DNA of 64,000 nt, taken from positions 901 to 64,900 of IMG/VR virus record IMGVR_UViG_3300038393_001386. One strand, 5' to 3'. Origin of the DNA: a virus. Taxonomy: Duplodnaviria; Caudoviricetes. The position numbers and the translations under genes were made by a program. The notes under the pieces are model-generated. The model was given only the letters and a program-made list of their open reading frames with translations, was not told where the DNA came from and did not search any database. Shown one piece after another: positions 26,756 through 35,815 of this stretch; position 1 is the first letter of the stretch, and the number at the start of each line of letters is the position of its first letter.

Positions 26756-26958
26756 GGCAAGTTCCTCCGGCCTTGCCGTGCCTGGCTCGGCTTGTGCGCG
26801 CGGTTGACCGCCTTGCCCTGTGCAGCGAACGTGAACGGCATGCCTTTCTGCACCAGGTGCTCGGCGCAGCGCTCGCAGCGCCAGATGCCTTTCGGCGTAT
26901 AGCCGACTGCCGGCTGCACCCAGCACGACATGCATTTGCGTAATGTTTCATCAATCAT
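26752..26958 (-). CDS. Small zinc-finger protein
   Basis: CMSC...CERC. Confidence 0.45.
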   Translation of the reverse strand: MIDETLRKCMSCWVQPAVGYTPKGIWRCERCAEHLVQKGMPFTFAAQGKAVNRAHKPSQARQGRRNLP

Positions 26959-27185
26959 TGAAAACTCTCCACCTGGTATTTTCCAGAGCGCACGCCGCGC
27001 TCCATGTTGCGCAGTTCGTGCGTGGCATCCTCGCCATGGATTCGCTCGTACCTGGCATAAATCGTGTCGCGCTGCGGATCGTCGGCCAGCAGGCACAACA
27101 GCGAGCGCAGCGCCGCCAGCTTGATATTCATGCAGGCTTGCCGGTACGCCGGCGAATTCCGGTAATCGGTGAAATCGGTCATCAT
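26955..27185 (-). CDS. Hypothetical protein
   Basis: 76 aa coupled ORF. Confidence 0.5.
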   Translation of the reverse strand: MMTDFTDYRNSPAYRQACMNIKLAALRSLLCLLADDPQRDTIYARYERIHGEDATHELRNMERGVRSGKYQVESFQ

Positions 27186-27574
27186 GGGTGCGGCCTGTCG
27201 AATGAAAACTCGATGCCTTTTTCCTGCACAGCATCGGCCATCACTTGCTCGGTATAGATCGCGTATTCAGCCATCGATAACGTTTCCGACGACAGCGCCT
27301 TGCCGGTCCGGTCATGCACGCCAATGAACTTGGCCTTGTAGTAGTCATGCCAGGTTTCCGCCGCAATGCCGGTCGCCTCGCTGATTTCCTTCAACACCGA
27401 GCCGTGATAGAAGCCGCGCTGCGCTGGTGAAATCGGCGCATCGAACGGATGCACCTGGATCACCAGCGGCTTGCCGGCGCTGGCCATCTGCCGCCAGTGC
27501 TCATTGAGCCAGCCGAGCATGCGACTGACATACTGCGCTTCGCGCAACACGAAAACCTTGACCATCATGCTCAT
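27182..27574 (-). CDS. NinB-like recombination protein
   Basis: ISPAQRGFYHGSVLKEIS...ETWHDYYK...SSETLSMAEYAIYTEQV. Confidence 0.7.
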   Translation of the reverse strand: MSMMVKVFVLREAQYVSRMLGWLNEHWRQMASAGKPLVIQVHPFDAPISPAQRGFYHGSVLKEISEATGIAAETWHDYYKAKFIGVHDRTGKALSSETLSMAEYAIYTEQVMADAVQEKGIEFSFDRPHP

Positions 27575-28050
27575 GCCACCTTTCGCGACAGATGCATGCG
27601 ACGCTCATACAATGCGCTGATGCGATTGAGTTTTGTCAGGCGGTCGTACAGCACCACGTTGACACATGCCGCCAAGTTCATGCAGTACGTGGTCGGCACA
27701 TAGACGACATCCCGACACCACGACAGCATGGACTCCCCCAGTGAGCTGTCTTCTGGCCCGAACAGATAAAACGCGCGCTCAGGGTGCGTATAACTGGTTA
27801 ATGGTTTCGCTCCTCGGCTCAGTTCCACGGCGATCGGCACGCAGGAATAGGGCACGATAAGGCGTAGATCATCTGTCTCGATCAACGGCACATGCCGCCA
27901 AGCCTGTTGCGTGTCCGTGGCCGCTTTGCGAAACCGCTGGCCCTGGATCGCCACCAAGGCCGCGTCATAGCAACCTGCCGCGCGCAAGACACCACCGACG
28001 TTGGCGGCTGTCTTGGGCCGATGCAAACCAATTGCTGCGTATCCTCTCAT
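27571..28050 (-). CDS. SpoU/TrmH-family (SPOUT) RNA methyltransferase
   Basis: PKTAANVGGVLRAA, YLFGPEDSSL, CMNLAACVNVVLYDR. Confidence 0.85.
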   Translation of the reverse strand: MRGYAAIGLHRPKTAANVGGVLRAAGCYDAALVAIQGQRFRKAATDTQQAWRHVPLIETDDLRLIVPYSCVPIAVELSRGAKPLTSYTHPERAFYLFGPEDSSLGESMLSWCRDVVYVPTTYCMNLAACVNVVLYDRLTKLNRISALYERRMHLSRKVA

Positions 28051-28098
28051 GGTTGCATGACTCCTTTCTTGGTCGCAGAACAAGGCGCAACAATCGCG

Positions 28099-28509
28099 TC
28101 AGGCGGCTTGCCGCGCGGGCTGGTCTGGCGGGTCGCTCGGCTCGCGCTTCTCGCGTTGCGCCGCATAATAGACCTTGGCCTTGGCGCGGTGACGGACGCG
28201 CTGGCGCTCGGCAAATTCCGGGTCGGCCATGGCCCGCCGGTAGCGTTCGCTCTCCGTCAATGGCGGCGGCTTGGTCGCATTCTTGCCTGCCCCAAGTTGC
28301 CAGACCGCCACTGGCGGCTGGTAGCGAGCACGTTTCCATGACTGGATGTGGATGCGCTTAGCTTTGCGCATGTGCTCCAGCACATGGGTCACGCCACACG
28401 AGGTTTTATAGCCGCATAACCGTTGCAATTGATGGCTGTCCAAGTCGCCCTGCTCACGCAGCAATCGCTCGATGAACAGCATCCTGTCCACCAGTTTCAT
28501 TGGCGTCAT
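28099..28509 (-). CDS. Winged-HTH-like hypothetical protein
   Basis: IHIQSWKR...PPVAVWQLGAGKNA. Confidence 0.55.
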   Translation of the reverse strand: MTPMKLVDRMLFIERLLREQGDLDSHQLQRLCGYKTSCGVTHVLEHMRKAKRIHIQSWKRARYQPPVAVWQLGAGKNATKPPPLTESERYRRAMADPEFAERQRVRHRAKAKVYYAAQREKREPSDPPDQPARQAA

Positions 28510-29417
28510 GCTGCCTCCGCGCCCACGGATGGTTGCTTGGTGCGCTGCTTGGTGCCACGCCCACGGAACAGCGTTTTCGCCTCTTTCTTCTTGTCCAGCG
28601 CAGACTCAGGATGCGGCGGCACATCGGCACCGGCCTCGCGCAACGCTTGCTTGATGACATTGCGCACCCGGCTGATCGCCTCCAATCCGGTTTCGGCATG
28701 GACCGTGATCTTGCTCAGGTTGCGCTTGTCCGGGTCGAATACCACGAGACCGCGCAAGAACAGGTCATTGGCGCGCGATGAGAAGCCGCCGACTGAATAC
28801 TGGCGGATCAGCGACGCGGCAACGGGCGGCAATTGCTCCAGATTGAAGCGCACGAGGTTTTCGTACAGTTCCAGGATGTAATCCATGTCATTCGGATGCA
28901 GCAGGATTTGGATCGCCGCCGCCGCGCGCATCGCGCCGCTGGAAAAGTATTTGCGGGTCGCCGCACATTTGGCTTGGATTTGCGCCAGCGGATCGCCCAC
29001 GGCAGGCAGCAGCGCCTTTTTCTGCTGCGGCGACGTGATGACGCGGCCAAAATACTGGCGCGACAGGAAGTTCAATGCCGAGCTGAACGTCTGGTCCAGA
29101 TTCAAATGGTCGCCGGTGTTGCGCACCTTGCCACCATCGATGACCTCAAAGGTTTCGCTTGGTGCGGCACGCGCCACCACCATGCGTGCGGCAATGCCGG
29201 ATTGCTCGATCGCGGTGAGCCGATGCTGGCCATCGATCATCCTGCCGCCTTCATCGAAGGCAATGCCTTGATGTGTGACTTTCCATTCGCCGCGCTGCAA
29301 TACGCCGATCAGGTAGTTGACCCAGGAGGGCTTTAATACGCGGTTATCATGGATGTTCAGGGCCAGATACGCGGTGGCTTTTTCCGGCGTGATCAGTTCT
29401 TCAGTAAAGTGGATCAT
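28506..29417 (-). CDS. ParB-like nuclease-domain protein
   Basis: ITPEKATAYL...GIAFDEGGRMIDGQHRLTAI. Confidence 0.7.
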   Translation of the reverse strand: MIHFTEELITPEKATAYLALNIHDNRVLKPSWVNYLIGVLQRGEWKVTHQGIAFDEGGRMIDGQHRLTAIEQSGIAARMVVARAAPSETFEVIDGGKVRNTGDHLNLDQTFSSALNFLSRQYFGRVITSPQQKKALLPAVGDPLAQIQAKCAATRKYFSSGAMRAAAAIQILLHPNDMDYILELYENLVRFNLEQLPPVAASLIRQYSVGGFSSRANDLFLRGLVVFDPDKRNLSKITVHAETGLEAISRVRNVIKQALREAGADVPPHPESALDKKKEAKTLFRGRGTKQRTKQPSVGAEAA

Positions 29418-29451
29418 GGTGGTCTCCAATGCGGTTGGGGGAGGGTACAGC

Positions 29452-29916
29452 TCAGAATGGGATATCGTCGTCCATGTCGGCAAAGTTCGCCGCCGGCTTC
29501 TTGGCTACTGGACGGTGGATGCTGTCGGTCGTTTCCCGCACCGGAGCTGGACGGGATGGGGCGGCAGGTTCGGCATCGGTGGGACGTCCGCCGAGCAGTT
29601 GCAGGTTGTCGGCAATCACTTCGGTCGCGTATTTCTCGACGCCTTCCTTGTCGGTGTATTTGCGAGTCTTCAGTTTGCCCTCGATATACACGGGCGACCC
29701 TTTCTTCAGGTATTCACTCATGATTTCCGCGACCCGGCCAAAGCCGACCACGCGGTGCCATTCGGTATGCTCCATTGGCTTGCCGCTGGCTTGATCCTTC
29801 CATTTGGACGTGGTCGCCACCGCGAGCGAGCAAACCGCATCGCCGGATGGCGCATGCCGGGTTTCCGGGTCTCGCCCAAGATTGCCAACAATAATCACTT
29901 TATTGACGCTTGCCAT
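29452..29916 (-). CDS. ssb: Single-stranded DNA-binding protein
   Basis: [18 protein letters not shown]...DMDDDIPF. Confidence 0.97.
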   Translation of the reverse strand: MASVNKVIIVGNLGRDPETRHAPSGDAVCSLAVATTSKWKDQASGKPMEHTEWHRVVGFGRVAEIMSEYLKKGSPVYIEGKLKTRKYTDKEGVEKYATEVIADNLQLLGGRPTDAEPAAPSRPAPVRETTDSIHRPVAKKPAANFADMDDDIPF

Positions 29917-29925
29917 GCCTTTCTC

Positions 29926-30441
29926 CTATGTGATGACGATACGGGGATCGCGCACCAGCTCGACCCCTTCGATGACCACGCCTTGCTTTAAGTCGCTCAA
30001 CAGCTTGGCGCTGTCCAGTTGCGGTTCCGCCGGAATCGTGCGCCAGTATTCGGGCGGAATCTTGCTTTCCTCGTTCACCTGGACGCGGCCAGGGTTGAAT
30101 TGCCAGCGGATCGCGAAGTTCGGGGTTTGCACCATGCGCCGGTCGGTCTTCTGCAGCAGCAGCAGTTCCAGTTCCTTCAGGCGCTCGACTTGTTGCATCA
30201 AGACGCCGCAGCTCACGCGCATCTTGTCGGCGGCTTGTTCTCTCGCCTTGATCAACGCTTCGCGGTTCTTGATCAGGAACGCGATGTTTTCCAGCTTGGT
30301 GTCGATCGCATCATCCAGCGTGTGCAACTCGGCGAGCGCATGCGCGAGAACATTGGCGCGCTCATCTTGCGGCAAGTCTTCCGCATACTGCAGTTGCGCA
30401 TCCAGCGCCGCGTAGCGCTCCAGAAGGTCAAACACGTTCAT
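29926..30441 (-). CDS. Siphovirus Gp157-family protein
   Basis: Coiled coil; NPGRVQVNEESKIPPEYW...GVVIEGVEL. Confidence 0.8.
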   Translation of the reverse strand: MNVFDLLERYAALDAQLQYAEDLPQDERANVLAHALAELHTLDDAIDTKLENIAFLIKNREALIKAREQAADKMRVSCGVLMQQVERLKELELLLLQKTDRRMVQTPNFAIRWQFNPGRVQVNEESKIPPEYWRTIPAEPQLDSAKLLSDLKQGVVIEGVELVRDPRIVIT

Positions 30442-30635
30442 CGACCGCACTCCTGCAAGTAATCTTCGAGCGCGCGCTTGGCTTGCTCATAAGTCGCTTT
30501 CGCCTTGGCATACGTCATGCCGCGCGGCAGATCGGCGCTGTGGCCATCGATGATCGGTTGCAGCACCCGGATGGTCTCCGCCCACTCGTGCGCTTCAAAG
30601 GAATCGTTCGGTTTCAACTTGAAATACACTGCCAT
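30438..30635 (-). CDS. Hypothetical protein
   Basis: GGAGACCAGCATG start motif. Confidence 0.55.
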   Translation of the reverse strand: MAVYFKLKPNDSFEAHEWAETIRVLQPIIDGHSADLPRGMTYAKAKATYEQAKRALEDYLQECGR

Positions 30636-30667
30636 GCTGGTCTCCTTTTACGACTATCCTATACGTC

Positions 30668-30695
30668 ATACTACTTAAACGGTAGCATTAGTCAA
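30668..30695 (-). promoter_or_regulatory. Leftward promoter with operator
   Basis: Minus-strand TTGACT-16nt-TAGTAT; CTACT TAAAC GGTAG at 30671-30685. Confidence 0.7.
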
Positions 30696-31230
30696 GTGAA
30701 TTTTGCGATTTTTTCGCCATTTTCAAGCGCTGCCGGTAATCGTCGCGGATCGCGATGATGTCCTCAATCGAGAGCGGTCGCGGATCGTGCCAGCATTCCA
30801 GAGCGCACACGCGATCCAGTCCGATCCGCTCGACCAGACCCAGCCGATACAGCACGGCATTGCCGGACTTGTGCTGGTTGCAGGGCACGCATTGCTTGTG
30901 GCAATTGTCTTCGTGGAACCGCAAGGTGGCATTTGCGCCCACCGAAATGTAGTGTCCAGCATCATAGGCTCCTGCATGATGTCTGCCGCACGAAATGCAG
31001 GGCAGATCGCGGTCGCGCCAGCGAATCCACGCATTGAACGCGGCCTGCGCCTCCTTGAGCCAGTCGCTGCGGCTTTTCAGCTTCTCGCGCCGCTCGCGGT
31101 CGGTGCCGCGTGCGATTCTCTTGGCTTCGGCAAGCGCCTTGGCGCATTCCAGCGAGCACGCCACCGCCAGCGACAGGATTGGCACAAACCAGTCGCGGCA
31201 ATGGCGGCAGCGGCGGCGCTTGACGGTCAC
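30688..31230 (-). CDS. ninG: NinG/Rap recombination endonuclease
   Basis: CRHC, CSLEC, AFNAWIRWRD..PCISCG, YDAGHY, FHEDNCHKQCVPCNQHKSGN. Confidence 0.92.
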   Translation of the reverse strand: MTVKRRRCRHCRDWFVPILSLAVACSLECAKALAEAKRIARGTDRERREKLKSRSDWLKEAQAAFNAWIRWRDRDLPCISCGRHHAGAYDAGHYISVGANATLRFHEDNCHKQCVPCNQHKSGNAVLYRLGLVERIGLDRVCALECWHDPRPLSIEDIIAIRDDYRQRLKMAKKSQNSLD

Positions 31231-31514
31231 ACCGATTCCTGCACCGGCTCGTGCGTGTCGATCGTCTCATCATCTGGCAAACCTGATATTGGCCGCAGTG
31301 CCCATGATGAGCAATTGCAAAGTACCGAGGGCTGGTAATGGATGGCGGTGAAAACGAATGGCCGCGAGACCGATTCGACCAGCCAGGTATCGAGCGCTAG
31401 GTATCTACCGCATTGGCTATTGCCGGTATAGCGCAGCACGCGGCAAATGATGCCGATGTTGGCGGGGTCGCTGGCGTTGATCACGATCGCCAGCATGCCG
31501 GGTTCCAGTTTCAT
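31227..31514 (-). CDS. Hypothetical protein
   Basis: MKLEPGMLAIVI...LRPI.G.PD pattern. Confidence 0.55.
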   Translation of the reverse strand: MKLEPGMLAIVINASDPANIGIICRVLRYTGNSQCGRYLALDTWLVESVSRPFVFTAIHYQPSVLCNCSSWALRPISGLPDDETIDTHEPVQESV

Positions 31515-31535
31515 GTGAGCCTCCTATGGTAGTCG

Positions 31536-31934
31536 TCAGTCTGAATCAGTAGCTGATACCGGCGTGACAAGGCAGTCGCGAATCAGCGACTTCCACAACG
31601 GTTTTGGGCTGCAATTGCTGCTCTTGGCGGCACGGTAGCCATCGCGGTCGATGTGGCCGAGTCGCACCGCACGCCGCACCACATGGCCCCAGGCCCGCCC
31701 ATCCGGCGGGTCATCCAAGCCATGCTGCAGCGCATACTCGCGCACGTCTTCCGTCAAGAAGCGGTCATGTTGCCGTGCATAGTCGATCAACTGCTGCAAC
31801 GCCGCGTCTTGCCAATCCGGGCCGGCGTGGTCGGCAGCGCGCTGCACGCCGCGCTCCCGCTTGTCCTTCGCTTGCTGCCAAGTCAATGGCCGGGATTGAA
31901 CCGCCAGATCGAACAAATCCAATTGATCAGTCAT
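31536..31934 (-). CDS. Hypothetical protein
   Basis: PPDGRAWGHVVRRA motif of a small phage family. Confidence 0.6.
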   Translation of the reverse strand: MTDQLDLFDLAVQSRPLTWQQAKDKRERGVQRAADHAGPDWQDAALQQLIDYARQHDRFLTEDVREYALQHGLDDPPDGRAWGHVVRRAVRLGHIDRDGYRAAKSSNCSPKPLWKSLIRDCLVTPVSATDSD

Positions 31935-31963
31935 CGCCAACTCCTATCACTCCTGTCGGACAG

Positions 31964-32869
31964 TCATGCATCTTCCAGCTCGCCGCGATGGAAAGCATGA
32001 TCGACATACCGCATCGCGGCGCGGTCATACCAGAGCTTGACGCGGCCCTCCCATTCGCCATTGCGGCTCTTGTCGCAGACTAGCACCGCATCCGGGTCGT
32101 CGCGCATCACCGCCTTGCCGGCATCGCGGTCGCGCTCCTTCTTCTTGTTGCGCCAGACCAGCAGCACGTTATCGACCAGGTCCGTCACCGCCGCCGTGCC
32201 GGAAATGTCCATCCGGTTCGGCAAGCGTTCGTCGCCATCGCCTTTCTTCAAGTGCGCCACCAGATGCGCGTGGATGCTGTAGTCGCGCGCGCACGCGGTC
32301 AGCGCATCGACAAATTCCTTTTGCCCGTTGTAGTCATCGGTGCCGCGCACGCATTTCATCAGCGAGTCGATCGCGATATGCTCGATGCCGAGTTTTTCGG
32401 CGCAATGCTTGGCCACCGCAATCATGCGCTCCGGCTTGACCGTGCCCTGCTGGTCGTACAGCCACAGATAGCCATGTGTGCGCTCCAGGAAGTCTTCGAC
32501 ATCGGCGCGGCTGGGCGTCGCCTTGTTCGCCGCTTGCCGGCACATGCGCGCCAGCGTGCGCGCCGGCTTCATTTCAAAACTGGCGATACAAACCTTTTTG
32601 CGATCCAGCGCGAATTGCGACAGCACCTGCCCCTGCAGCGCCGATTTGCCGGAATTGTTGAAGCCGCCCCATAGCGTGACTTCTCCCGGCTCGAAGTACA
32701 GCCAGGCATTCGCAAACGGCAGTTTCGGTGCTTTCGGCGCGTCGTGTGCGGGGGACAGTACATGCATCACGTCGTGCAGGTAATCAGATGCCGGTCGCAC
32801 TTTTTCAGCGGCATCGGTGTCGTGCAGATAACGGGCGAAATCGATATCGTCCGGAGTCAGGATATCCAT
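31964..32869 (-). CDS. DnaB/T7 gp4-like replicative helicase (helicase domain only)
   Basis: Walker A GFNNSGKS, SFEM, HIAIDSL, HLVAHLKK, ISGTAAVTDLVDNV, KSRNG. Confidence 0.85.
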   Translation of the reverse strand: MDILTPDDIDFARYLHDTDAAEKVRPASDYLHDVMHVLSPAHDAPKAPKLPFANAWLYFEPGEVTLWGGFNNSGKSALQGQVLSQFALDRKKVCIASFEMKPARTLARMCRQAANKATPSRADVEDFLERTHGYLWLYDQQGTVKPERMIAVAKHCAEKLGIEHIAIDSLMKCVRGTDDYNGQKEFVDALTACARDYSIHAHLVAHLKKGDGDERLPNRMDISGTAAVTDLVDNVLLVWRNKKKERDRDAGKAVMRDDPDAVLVCDKSRNGEWEGRVKLWYDRAAMRYVDHAFHRGELEDA

Positions 32870-33219
32870 GCTTGCCAATCTCCTTCGTGAAAGAACAAGG
32901 TCTCCCTGCTGTCGTGCGCCAGGCAGATCACTGCCGTGGCGTCCGCTGCGGCCAATCGCTCGACCAGCGCCAGCAAGGCATCGGACCAGTGCGCGGCATG
33001 CACATGGACGCGGCAATGCTTCACAAAGCGCCAGTCGTGGCGATGTGCCAGCTCGGCTTCTTCGAGTTGAACGGTCGGGTACAGATTGAATTCCAGCGCG
33101 CGCTCGGGGTCGTCATAGCGCGTCGGTGCTGCCGGCTTGGGCAGGCCGATTTCCAGATAGATCGCCACCGGCTTGTGGCCGCGCAACCGGGCCGCGATGA
33201 TGGCTTGCTGGCCCTTCAT
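32857..33219 (-). CDS. Hypothetical replication-associated protein
   Basis: 120 aa between initiator and helicase. Confidence 0.55.
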   Translation of the reverse strand: MKGQQAIIAARLRGHKPVAIYLEIGLPKPAAPTRYDDPERALEFNLYPTVQLEEAELAHRHDWRFVKHCRVHVHAAHWSDALLALVERLAAADATAVICLAHDSRETLFFHEGDWQAWIS

Positions 33220-33220
33220 G

Positions 33221-34315
33221 TCAGCGCTCCCACACTGGCACGGCGGCATCCGGTCGCTGGCGCTGGTGCTCAGCCAGCCGTTCCTGCGTGCGGGCGATCC
33301 AGGCTTGCAAAAAGCGCTTGTAATCGCGGCGCGGCACCTTGTCGTGCGCATCGACCCATGCGCCGGCGCGCAGGATTTCGGATTGCACATCGACCAAGGG
33401 GTACGCGGTCGCCCAACTGCCAATCTGGTCGCTTTGCAAGCCGACAAAGCAATGTTGCGTGAAATCAAACTGGAGCGGCGGCGCAGGCGGGCGGCGGGCC
33501 GGTTTCTTTTTGGGTTTGTCTTTAGGTAGAGAATTGTCTTCAGGGAATGGCAGTGCAGGAATCTCGTCTGGCAACGGGAGAGCGTCAGCGCACCCGTTGT
33601 ATATAGTCTTTATCGTTGAAGATGAAGATGAAGATGAAGGGGGTATGTTTCCCTTATCTTCACTCTTGTCCTTACCCTTATCCTTACCCTTAAGGGTAAA
33701 CCCAAGGGATAGTAAATCGGCATCGTCAAGAGCAAACCATTCGCCAAGGATTTGCTTAGATGCCATCGACTCATGCGCCTCAGCTTCCGCTTTGCCCATA
33801 TCCTCAACTTGAAGGCAAGCGATCATTTCCAGCACATCAGGCTTGCAGGCGTAACGCAGCTTGTTGAGCCGGTTGACTGGGTTGATTGCAATGCCGATCT
33901 TGGTCGCGCCATCCGATTCGCGCCGGACCGCATAGAGGAAGCCAGGAGCGTTGTATCGGTCGCTTAGCTTGGGATTACCGCCGCTGTGGCCATCTTCGCG
34001 GCGCTTCTGACACTCGATTTCGTCTTCTACCATGCGCTTGTTGTAAATAGCTCCGTCGTCGCGCTGCTTTGCCACACCATACGCCAGTAGCTTAGCCAGC
34101 GTGGCGCGCAGTTGTTCCAGCGGCAAGCCAAGTGTGTTGGCCAATGCTTCGTCAGGGAATGGCCTTTCGTTCAGCAATAACACGCCGCGTTCGCTGGATT
34201 CATGCATCAGGCACAGCATTTCAAACCAGACGCCACGCTCGAAATAGCCGAGCGCTTGGACGCCAGGGTCTTTGCGCCAGTCCGCTGGATAGAACTGGAA
34301 AGCAGGCATTTTCAT
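33221..34315 (-). CDS. Replication initiator with inserted T5orf172/GIY-YIG-like domain
   Basis: N-terminal MPAFQFYPADW; insert GFLYA...KIGIA.NP..RL...AEAEAH...GEWF; poly-Ser linker; C-terminal FLQAWIAR. Confidence 0.75.
   Translation of the reverse strand: MKMPAFQFYPADWRKDPGVQALGYFERGVWFEMLCLMHESSERGVLLLNERPFPDEALANTLGLPLEQLRATLAKLLAYGVAKQRDDGAIYNKRMVEDEIECQKRREDGHSGGNPKLSDRYNAPGFLYAVRRESDGATKIGIAINPVNRLNKLRYACKPDVLEMIACLQVEDMGKAEAEAHESMASKQILGEWFALDDADLLSLGFTLKGKDKGKDKSEDKGNIPPSSSSSSSTIKTIYNGCADALPLPDEIPALPFPEDNSLPKDKPKKKPARRPPAPPLQFDFTQHCFVGLQSDQIGSWATAYPLVDVQSEILRAGAWVDAHDKVPRRDYKRFLQAWIARTQERLAEHQRQRPDAAVPVWER
33610..33715. repeat. Short tandem repeats inside the initiator gene (possible origin iterons)
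   Basis: (GAAGAT)x3 and CCTTACCCTTATCCTTACCCTTA; AT-rich. Confidence 0.4.
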
Positions 34316-34386
34316 GTGGACACTCCAAATGGGTGCGCAGACCCAGTCGTGCCGGTACGGTTGCCGGTAGGTCAATAACAGCAGGA

Positions 34387-34608
34387 TTAGGCGCGGCGGC
34401 GCAATTGCTCGCGTGGCTTGAGTAGTTCGGTCAGCGTCAAGCGATCCTTGCCGAGCGGATCGTTGATCATGCGCAACGCCAGATCGACGCCGGGGCGCTT
34501 GCGGTCGTGCGCCATGTGTTTGAAATAATCGTAATTGGTGCCGACCCGGTCGCAGAATGCGAGAATGGCCTGCCGCCCTTCGAGTTTCCACAGAGTCATC
34601 AGGTCCAT
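34387..34608 (-). CDS. Cro-like HTH protein
   Basis: 73 aa; AFCDRVGTNYDYFKHMAHDRKRPG; divergent from the cI-like gene. Confidence 0.65.
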   Translation of the reverse strand: MDLMTLWKLEGRQAILAFCDRVGTNYDYFKHMAHDRKRPGVDLALRMINDPLGKDRLTLTELLKPREQLRRRA

Positions 34609-34686
34609 AGTGAACAGCCGGTGCGAATGGGAAGAAATAAGGTGGATACCCCGTGCCATGGTGAATGGCGGGATCGGTCTTATATA

Positions 34687-34778
34687 CTACCAAAATAGTC
34701 GTATAAAGGCTATAGCAGTCCAAAACGGGCGCATTATGACCTGTGCATAATGCAGTGGCATCAGGTACTATTTGGTAG
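34687..34778. promoter_or_regulatory. Immunity-switch operators
   Basis: CTACC AAAAT AGTCG (34687-34701) and a GGTAG half-site (34774-34778) between the divergent HTH genes. Confidence 0.6.
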
Positions 34779-34876
34779 TAGTACGCCTGTAGCGTATGCG
34801 ATAGGAGGCCATGGCCATGCGAATCGTAGCCTTGCACCCGACAAAAACAAGACTGTTGTACCCACTGGGAGCCATC

Positions 34877-35257
34877 ATGGACAGTAAGGAAATCCGGCAC
34901 GCGAATTTCATCGCGTTGTTCAACCAATTCAAGCGCGAGAACGCGCATTTGCCGGATCGCGGCATGCTCAAGCTGTTTGCGCAAAAGCTCGAACTGTCCG
35001 ATCGGTTCTTGTCGCACGTCAAATGCCGGCGCAAAGTGATTGGCGACCAGGTGGCGCGGCACATTGAAGACAAGCTGCAGTTGCGGCATGGCTGGCTCGA
35101 CCAGCAGCATGAAAACGTGAGTCCGGCAGAAGAAGCGGAAAAGGTGTTCCTCGATACCGCGCTGACGCTGTACCGGGCGATGCCGGATGAAGCGCAAAAG
35201 CTGATGATGGAATTGCTGAAGTCGCGGCTGCCGCCGAAACCGCCGAAAAAATCGTAA
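34877..35257 (+). CDS. CI-like repressor (HTH, no peptidase S24 domain)
   Basis: RHANFIAL...FAQKLELSDRFLSHVK...IGDQVARHIEDKLQLRHGWLDQQH. Confidence 0.7.
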   Translation: MDSKEIRHANFIALFNQFKRENAHLPDRGMLKLFAQKLELSDRFLSHVKCRRKVIGDQVARHIEDKLQLRHGWLDQQHENVSPAEEAEKVFLDTALTLYRAMPDEAQKLMMELLKSRLPPKPPKKS

Positions 35258-35478
35258 ACCGCCCTGTTGGCATCGGTTATACTGGATGGCCGTACAGCTA
35301 TTGTTGCATCGTTCACCGGCTTTGTCAGCATCTTGACAAGTTCTGATCTGCATCAAACAAGTCACACACGGTGGTTGTCCCTGCAATGCGGCGTGCGGAT
35401 TTAACGACAGATTTAACAGTCGGGGTGTGGGCCATGTGGTAATCTGACCCACAGGCAACCGATATTGGAGGGCGAAAC

Positions 35479-35649
35479 ATGTTAGCGGCCTCAAACGAGA
35501 CGGAATTCGTGTTGGTAGTCTGTGAAGTATTGGCCGATTTGCCGTATGACCAATATCCGGCGTTGATGCATGAGTTATTTGAGATCGCTCAGCGGTATCT
35601 GCCCGACGCGTCGGGTTTTTCTTTGCCTGAATTTTTACGCCCATCCTGA
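35479..35649 (+). CDS. Small hypothetical protein
   Basis: GGAGG RBS; MLAASNETEF...LRPS (56 aa). Confidence 0.4.
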   Translation: MLAASNETEFVLVVCEVLADLPYDQYPALMHELFEIAQRYLPDASGFSLPEFLRPS

Positions 35650-35719
35650 ACCTCTTACGACTAAAGAGGTAGCATTTACAGCCAGCAATCCAGTAAAATA
35701 GACCAAGACGTTGGTGCTA

Positions 35720-35734
35720 CTACCTAAACGGTAC
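35720..35734. promoter_or_regulatory. Operator upstream of the packaging operon
   Basis: CTACC TAAAC GGTAC (same spacer as the 30671 site). Confidence 0.6.
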
Positions 35735-35815
35735 TTCATTATAGTCGCTATCGGCCATAATGCAACCTAAAAAGGCGTCTTACCACCATTTTGGGCTATT
35801 TGACGGGAGGCTGGC

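Noticed and set aside
28506-29417. Plasmid-prophage partition system
   Set aside because: ParB-like domain only; no ParA or parS array recognised, and attP plus integrase indicate integration.
31925-31935. GAT-CAGTC-ATC as another array site
   Set aside because: Isolated, wrong phase and at a gene start; such 11-mers are expected by chance several times in 64 kb.
34316-35644. N-terminal 443 aa of the 807-aa ORF 33221-35644
   Set aside because: It overlaps the cro-like gene, the switch region and the cI-like gene; the real initiator starts at about 34315 (MKMPAFQFYP).
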